The translations under genes were made by a program, and so were the position numbers. DNA of 23,200 nucleotides, taken from positions 1-23,200 of the forward strand of contig JALGVJ010000051.1 in assembly GCA_029838195.1 (NCBI GenBank), given 5' to 3'. The notes beneath the pieces were generated by a model. The model was given only the letters and a program-made list of their open reading frames with translations. It made no database searches and was not told the origin of the DNA. Each line of letters begins with the position of its first letter. The first letter of the stretch is position 1. Source of the stretch: Promethearchaeota archaeon. GTDB lineage: Archaea > Asgardarchaeota > Lokiarchaeia > Sigyniarchaeales > SOKP01. This document shows positions 18,022-23,200 of this stretch, one piece after another.

Positions 18022-19128
18022 GTGAAAAAATTGAGTGTAAAAGTATATTTTGAAGAAGAGGGAAATTTCTCTCTTGTAAAAAATAAAACCATAGCTATTA
18101 TAGGGTATGGCAACCAAGCAAGAGCACAAGCCTTAAACATGCGCGATTCAGGATTAAACATTATAATCGGAACCATAACTCGTGAACATGAGCAAAGGGC
18201 CAAGGAAGATAATTTCACTTGTTATCCCCTTTCTGATGCACTGAAAAAGGCCAGCATTTATTTCTTATTAATCTCAGATGATTTAATGGAAAAGCTCTAC
18301 CCGAATGACATCGAGCCGTTTCTCGAAAAAAATGATACGATCGTGTTATATAGCGGCTATAATGTTGCTTTTGGAAAAATAATCTTTCCAAAACATGTCA
18401 ATATCTTATTAATTTCCCCAAGAGTACCCGGAGAAGGTTTGCGAGAAAATTTTTTAACTAATAAGGGAGTGTTTAGCTTCATTCACGCGCATCAAGATTT
18501 CACCGGTAATGCCTTAAACATGTTGCTTGCTCTAAGTAAAGCGGTTGGTGCTTTATCCAGAGGAGCCATCGATATCACGCTACGGCAGCAAGCCATTTTA
18601 AATCTTTTTTTCGAGCAAACTCTCATTCAAGGATTTTTACAGATCATGATGAGGTCCATATTAACCTTAATCGAGAAAGGATATTCCCCGGAAGCAATTT
18701 TCGTCGAGTTATTTTTATCAGGAGAAGGAGGATATACTCTAGATAAAGTAATAGATGTAGGAATGATAAAACAAATGAATTTTCACTCACAAACTTCTCA
18801 ATATGGCCAAATGAGTCGGGGAACTAAGTTTAGAACGGTTGCCGGAGATATAGGGGCCATTCAAAAAAAAATATTCCAAGAAATAAATAATGGAGATTTC
18901 GCTTCCGAATGGGCTCGAGAGGAAAGTAAAATAAGACTTGCTCTCCTGAAATACCATGCAAGTAATATTAAATTTGCTGAAATTGAGAAGAAAGTAAGAG
19001 AAAATCTGGGCTTTCGAACACGAGATCTATCGCATGAAATCCAATATCCTTCTGAAGATCTCTTAGTCAAATATCCTCAGATCAAAAAAGAAATTGAAAT
19101 CATCAAATCATTTTATCGGAAATTATAA
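18022..19128 (+). CDS. ilvC: Ketol-acid reductoisomerase-like protein, paralog A (degenerate Rossmann and Asp site; intact partner-donated residues)
   Basis: IGYGNQARAQALNMRDSG, SGYN, SPRVPG, NLFFEQ, EAIFVELFLSGE, HSQTSQYG, GDFASEW. Start is uncertain (GTG 18022 or TTG 18031). Confidence 0.85.
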   Translation: MKKLSVKVYFEEEGNFSLVKNKTIAIIGYGNQARAQALNMRDSGLNIIIGTITREHEQRAKEDNFTCYPLSDALKKASIYFLLISDDLMEKLYPNDIEPFLEKNDTIVLYSGYNVAFGKIIFPKHVNILLISPRVPGEGLRENFLTNKGVFSFIHAHQDFTGNALNMLLALSKAVGALSRGAIDITLRQQAILNLFFEQTLIQGFLQIMMRSILTLIEKGYSPEAIFVELFLSGEGGYTLDKVIDVGMIKQMNFHSQTSQYGQMSRGTKFRTVAGDIGAIQKKIFQEINNGDFASEWAREESKIRLALLKYHASNIKFAEIEKKVRENLGFRTRDLSHEIQYPSEDLLVKYPQIKKEIEIIKSFYRKL

Positions 19129-19145
19129 TCAAGAGGGATAACAGC

Positions 19146-20237
19146 ATGACAAATATTTATAAAGAAAAGGATGCGGATTTGTCCATTTTGGAAGGAGTTA
19201 CCATAGGAATGATTGGTTATGGAAATCAATCTCGCAGTCAAGCTTTAAATTTGCGCGATCATGGTTTAACGGTTATCGTTGGGAATAGAAATGATGAATA
19301 TAAAAAAAGAGCTCAAGCAGATGGCTTTCCTACGTATTCAATTCCGGATACGGTCAAAAAAGCACGCGTTCTTTTTTTCTTAATTCCTGACGAAATAATG
19401 AGTAAGGTTTTCAAAAAACAAATAAAACCTTATCTTAAAAAGCATGATGCATTGATTTTCGCAAGTGGATATAATATAGCCTTTGGCTTGATCACCCCTC
19501 CCGAATTCATTGACGTGTTATTAATTGCTCCACGAATGATTGGAATTGGCGTGCGGGAAACTTTCCTTAACAAAGAAGGATATTTTTCTTTTATTGGAGT
19601 ACATCAAGATGCTTCAGGAGAAGCAAAACAAAAACTATTAGCTCTAAGTAAAGGAGTGGGAGGATTAACGAGAGCGGGGATTGAAGTTACTTTTAAAGAA
19701 GAAGCAGTGTTAGATCTATACTCTGAGCAAGGATTTAGTCCGGCGTTTAGCCAAATAATGATGAGACCCATCAGTATATTAAAAGAAGCGGGATATCCAG
19801 ATGAAGCCATTCTAATGGAAATCGTACTCTCCGGTAAAATGAAATACATCTTTAAAAGTATCATTGATAATGGAATTATCAATCAAATATTTTATTTGCC
19901 GGAAAGAGCTCAGTATGGTGCATTGAGTAGATGCTTGCGATTAAGGCACCCCATTGAAAAAATCGCTGAAATCCAACGAGAAATCGTTGATCACATTGAA
20001 AATGGAGGCTTTGCTAAGGAATGGGAAGCGTTTACTGCTAAATTAAAATTTAAATTCATTAAATTTATGGCTTCAAGAGTAGGATTTGCTAAACTGGAGA
20101 AACGGGTTCGCGAAAGTCTTAAAATGCCTGAGGTAGACTTGTGGGAAGAGGTGCCTTATCCCACTGAAGGTGATATTAAAAAGAAAAAAGAGATTTTAGA
20201 AGAACTTAGAAAATTTCAAGGATTTAAGGAATTCTAA
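19146..20237 (+). CDS. ilvC: Ketol-acid reductoisomerase-like protein, paralog B (intact D190/E194; degenerate partner-donated residues)
   Basis: IYKEKDADLS, IGYGNQSRSQALNLRDHG, LIPDE, FASGYN, APRMIG, FKEEAVLDLYSEQ, GGFAKEW. Starts 17 bp after paralog A with a GAGGG SD-like sequence. Confidence 0.88.
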   Translation: MTNIYKEKDADLSILEGVTIGMIGYGNQSRSQALNLRDHGLTVIVGNRNDEYKKRAQADGFPTYSIPDTVKKARVLFFLIPDEIMSKVFKKQIKPYLKKHDALIFASGYNIAFGLITPPEFIDVLLIAPRMIGIGVRETFLNKEGYFSFIGVHQDASGEAKQKLLALSKGVGGLTRAGIEVTFKEEAVLDLYSEQGFSPAFSQIMMRPISILKEAGYPDEAILMEIVLSGKMKYIFKSIIDNGIINQIFYLPERAQYGALSRCLRLRHPIEKIAEIQREIVDHIENGGFAKEWEAFTAKLKFKFIKFMASRVGFAKLEKRVRESLKMPEVDLWEEVPYPTEGDIKKKKEILEELRKFQGFKEF

Positions 20238-20442
20238 TTTTTATAGCAAATTTTTTTAGATAATATTCGAATATACCGGGAGAAAAAGAATTCTCACCAA
20301 AAAAATTGCGGTTCTCAATCATTGAGGTGATTTTTACGATCTTCTCAATCCTCTTTTTAGGGTTTTTTCTCATCAATGCGCTTTTAGCATTCATGTGAAT
20401 AAATTTATAAAACCCCTTTTCATTTCTTTTTTTAATTATTCA

Positions 20443-21663
20443 TCATTCCTTTTTTTTCAATAACACGATTAAAAAAATCCCGAAAAGGTTTAAACCAATT
20501 ACAACATAAAAGATTAAGGGAATTCCAATTAATACGTAAATAATTCCTACAGAAGCATACCCTAAAAAGCTAGCAGAATTAATAATAGCAGAGTTTGTTC
20601 CACTTGCTTCACGGTTTAAATCCATGGCTTGCTTGAATAATGCGGGCCAAATCATAGCAGATCCCACGTAAATCATGCCTGAAATCAAGATATAATGGAG
20701 AAAAGATTTTCCGTGAGGAAGAAAAATTGTTGATAACATCAATATAAATCCCGATAGCATCATTTTTAAGGGTGAAATCTTTTTTAAGAGATCTCCCGTA
20801 ATAGGGGAGAGAATAATAGAAATAAAACCATTCACCGTTAGGATCGTACTCACTATTGAAATGATCTCTTGATCTGAAATATTTTCAATTGACTTTCCTA
20901 TTTGTTCCATCAGCGTGTTCGTGAGGGTAATGACGCAGAAAAACGTGAAAAATCCGATGAGCCCTAAAATAATTATTTTTGAAGTTAAATTGTCCTTTAA
21001 TTGAAGATATGCAGCTCTAAATTTTGAATTCTGCTCATGCCGTACATTATTGGTTATAATATTAAATTCATGAGTCTTGGATCCCCCTAATTCACAATTT
21101 TTTGTAGCAAGCATGAAAAAAGTAAAAGCAAATATTGTTAAAATGGGATTTAAAAAAAAGATGAATCTCCATTCTCCAAGGATATTTGCAAAAACACCTG
21201 AAATAATGGCTCCTAAACTAACACCTATAGCTGCTGAGGAATTATAAAGCCCCATCATTAATCCCTTTTTCCGTGTGGGGGTAATTAAATTAAGAATCGC
21301 CAAAATCGTGGGATTAATCATCGAAAAACCAAGACCAAGAAGCAAGAAGGAAGTTAAAAACAAGAAATAATTTTTAATTAAAACTGAAACCAATACAAGC
21401 ACTAAACTGAATAAAAAGATAATAAACCCCAAAGAAACTACACTCCTTTTATCTACAATATCGGAAAAGGTTCCAGCAAATAATTGTAGGATAGAAAATG
21501 GAAAGATATAAAACGATATAGCGAGAGAAATCAAAGAAACTTCTTCCAAAAGAAAATTTTCCTTGAGAAGATTAAAAATAGGAATTATAGCATTCGTGCT
21601 AAGTGGACCTAACATGGAAGAAAAAAGTATTAGGTAATATTTTTTCTCAAAATGCTCTTCCAT
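20443..21663 (-). CDS. MFS transporter (DHA1/efflux-like)
   Basis: QLFAGTFSDIVDKR motif A, KKGLMMGLY, EWRFIF; about 12 TM helices. Confidence 0.88.
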   Translation of the reverse strand: MEEHFEKKYYLILFSSMLGPLSTNAIIPIFNLLKENFLLEEVSLISLAISFYIFPFSILQLFAGTFSDIVDKRSVVSLGFIIFLFSLVLVLVSVLIKNYFLFLTSFLLLGLGFSMINPTILAILNLITPTRKKGLMMGLYNSSAAIGVSLGAIISGVFANILGEWRFIFFLNPILTIFAFTFFMLATKNCELGGSKTHEFNIITNNVRHEQNSKFRAAYLQLKDNLTSKIIILGLIGFFTFFCVITLTNTLMEQIGKSIENISDQEIISIVSTILTVNGFISIILSPITGDLLKKISPLKMMLSGFILMLSTIFLPHGKSFLHYILISGMIYVGSAMIWPALFKQAMDLNREASGTNSAIINSASFLGYASVGIIYVLIGIPLIFYVVIGLNLFGIFLIVLLKKKE

Positions 21664-21975
21664 GAATTATAAGAAGAATAATATCAATTAATTTTTATTT
21701 TTTGAACAAGAAATAAAAGGAGTTATGGAATATTTTTTATAATGTATCTCGAAACTCTCATGCATTTAATATTAATGAATGATTTAAGGTTAAAATATTT
21801 CTTATTCGTATGGTGATTTTAGATGACCATAAATTTCCGATTTTTTCTTTATTTTTAAATCTAAAGAGAAAGATTTCTTTTTTATTCGGGGAATCAATCT
21901 TATCTTGTAAATTAGAGAAGCAGTATTTTTATTTTTTCAATATTTTTAGCATATATGAAGAAAAAAAAAAAACAT

Positions 21976-22857
21976 TTATTTAAGAAATCCGCTCAATTTA
22001 AGCCCTTCTACTAACCATTCTATTACTAATTCTAATCCCTTTATGTTTTCTTTTGTATGTATCGTAGAATTAGGAATAAATGTTTCATGATATTTTTCCG
22101 CAATATATTTTAAGGAAGGATTTTCAGCATGCCATTTAATGATAGCTTCTTTTGTTTCATGATACACGGGTTCCATTTCATTCAAAATAAGCTCACAATC
22201 CTCATCCGTCCATACGCCAAAATGGTTTAAAGAGATGGCCCTTAAATCATCTTTTAAATTTCTTAATTTTTCGAAGGATTTCAAAAGTTCTTTTTCATCA
22301 AAATCGGGTGGCATGAACACGCTATTCACCGTTTCGTGATCATATCGGTCTAGAATCGCATCGCCCGAAAATATGTTTTGGTTCTTTCTATCCAAGATTC
22401 CTATGGAATCACGGGTATGTCCGTATAAATTAATTATTTCCAACTCTAAACCATTAAGATCTATGATTTCTCCTTCTTTAACAGGAGTTACTCCCTCAAT
22501 GGGCTCCACGTTATATCCAAATATTTCGTTTAATTTTTCAGGATATTTTAAATTGTCAATTGCATTTTCCGAAGCTAATACTTCAAAATCTCCCATAGCT
22601 TTTCTTAATTTACTGAATCCTTGGACATGATCCCAGTGCGAGTGAGTTAAAATAAGCTTATCAATGGGAAACAGCCCAAATTCCTTGAGCTTGGCAATGA
22701 TTTTCCTTGCGGCTAATTGAACACCTGTATCTATCATTAATCTCATTCCTTTATTTTCAATCACGTAAACGGCGAGTTGTTTTGGGAGGCGAAAGATAAG
22801 ACCATCAATTAAATAAGAATTTTCATTAAACTTTCCTTCTGAATTAATAAATGTCAT
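21976..22857 (-). CDS. Metallo-beta-lactamase-fold hydrolase
   Basis: IDTG, THSHWDH (HxHxDH), GHT, SGDA and NHFG metal-binding motifs. Confidence 0.9.
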   Translation of the reverse strand: MTFINSEGKFNENSYLIDGLIFRLPKQLAVYVIENKGMRLMIDTGVQLAARKIIAKLKEFGLFPIDKLILTHSHWDHVQGFSKLRKAMGDFEVLASENAIDNLKYPEKLNEIFGYNVEPIEGVTPVKEGEIIDLNGLELEIINLYGHTRDSIGILDRKNQNIFSGDAILDRYDHETVNSVFMPPDFDEKELLKSFEKLRNLKDDLRAISLNHFGVWTDEDCELILNEMEPVYHETKEAIIKWHAENPSLKYIAEKYHETFIPNSTIHTKENIKGLELVIEWLVEGLKLSGFLK

Positions 22858-22971
22858 GATTTACACGCTTATTGTAGTGATAACATTTGAATTACTTCAA
22901 AATATACATTAGATGAATTATAATTTAAACTTTGGTTTAAAAAAAGAGTATGTTTCATAAATGTTAGTTTC

Positions 22972-23200
22972 TTATTGTAGTTTTTCCAACAAGGCGGGCG
23001 AGACTATCACGGGACATCCAAGACGATGCGATATTCTCATGCGAATATTTTCAAGAGTGCGCATCCCACACTGAGTTTGATACAAGTTATTCATCAATTT
23101 ATTGCTCGACTCGTTAACCACCTTAATGGAGGGTGAAAAGGTACGCCGAGGGAAAAGTTCATGAAAATGTTGGAACCGAAACACGTTCTCCTCATTGTTT
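22972..23200 (-). mobile_element. 3' end of a probable transposase (ISL3-like C-terminus), truncated by the window edge
   Basis: The frame is open from 23199 to the stop at 22972. VVNESSNKLMNNLYQTQCGMRTLENIRMRI resembles the ISL3 C-terminal pattern E..N......R..YG.R...N.R.RI. The segment is locally more GC-rich than the flanking intergenic DNA. Confidence 0.5.

Noticed and set aside
18022-19128. Paralog A as a pseudogene
   Set aside because: Full length with no frameshift or stop, and it selectively retains the motifs lost in paralog B.
20291-20372. Four TTCTCA copies (20291, 20312, 20342, 20367) as a mini-CRISPR or iteron array
   Set aside because: The repeat is only 6-9 bp with irregular spacing, there are no cas genes, and it lies in a convergent terminator region.
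3521-20445. Selenocysteine/readthrough at TGA-ending genes (stops at 3523, 11431, 16421, 20443)
   Set aside because: Each TGA falls at the natural family C-terminus, not at a catalytic Cys position, and no convincing SECIS was seen.
2046-22630. Short ORFs overlapping larger genes (2046-2318, 2310-2639, 2902-3273, 4453-4689, 4840-5085, 5115-5309, 5318-5500, 10125-10397, 10501-10740, 10838-11020, 12230-12490, 14206-14388, 15818-16054, 18012-18218, 18861-19070, 19604-19882, 22373-22630)
   Set aside because: Antisense or alternate-frame shadows of well-supported CDSs, with no recognisable motifs.
1-23200. tRNA, rRNA or CRISPR arrays
   Set aside because: No cloverleaf/T-loop consensus, no extended GC-rich structural RNA segment and no regularly spaced direct repeats were seen by eye.

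Overview
AT-rich, gene-dense metabolic/transport window that looks archaeal. Asgard/Lokiarchaeia is my best guess, inferred from TATA-like boxes ~32 bp before start codons, expanded GPH/MFS transporters, a stand-alone 7TM protein, a URO-D/MtaA-family gene and archaeal-type KARI motifs; no marker gene confirms it. It holds 17 complete CDSs plus the 3' end of a probable transposase at the right edge. Left block (0.1-6.3 kb): HAD phosphatase, a protein with two intact PlsC-type acyltransferase domains, a GPH/MFS transporter and a DUF2229 Fe-S reductase/dehydratase-like protein, together a candidate bacterial-type ester/ether lipid module. Middle block (7.2-17.6 kb): three MFS transporters, a CE15 glucuronoyl esterase, a PfkB kinase, a SIS-domain isomerase/deaminase, a 7TM protein and a URO-D/MtaA-like protein, a candidate sugar-derivative catabolic cluster. 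Right block: two tandem ketol-acid reductoisomerase paralogs with reciprocal loss of active-site residues, suggesting an obligate heterodimer with one composite active site (top finding), then an MFS and an MBL-fold hydrolase. No rRNA, tRNA or CRISPR array was seen.
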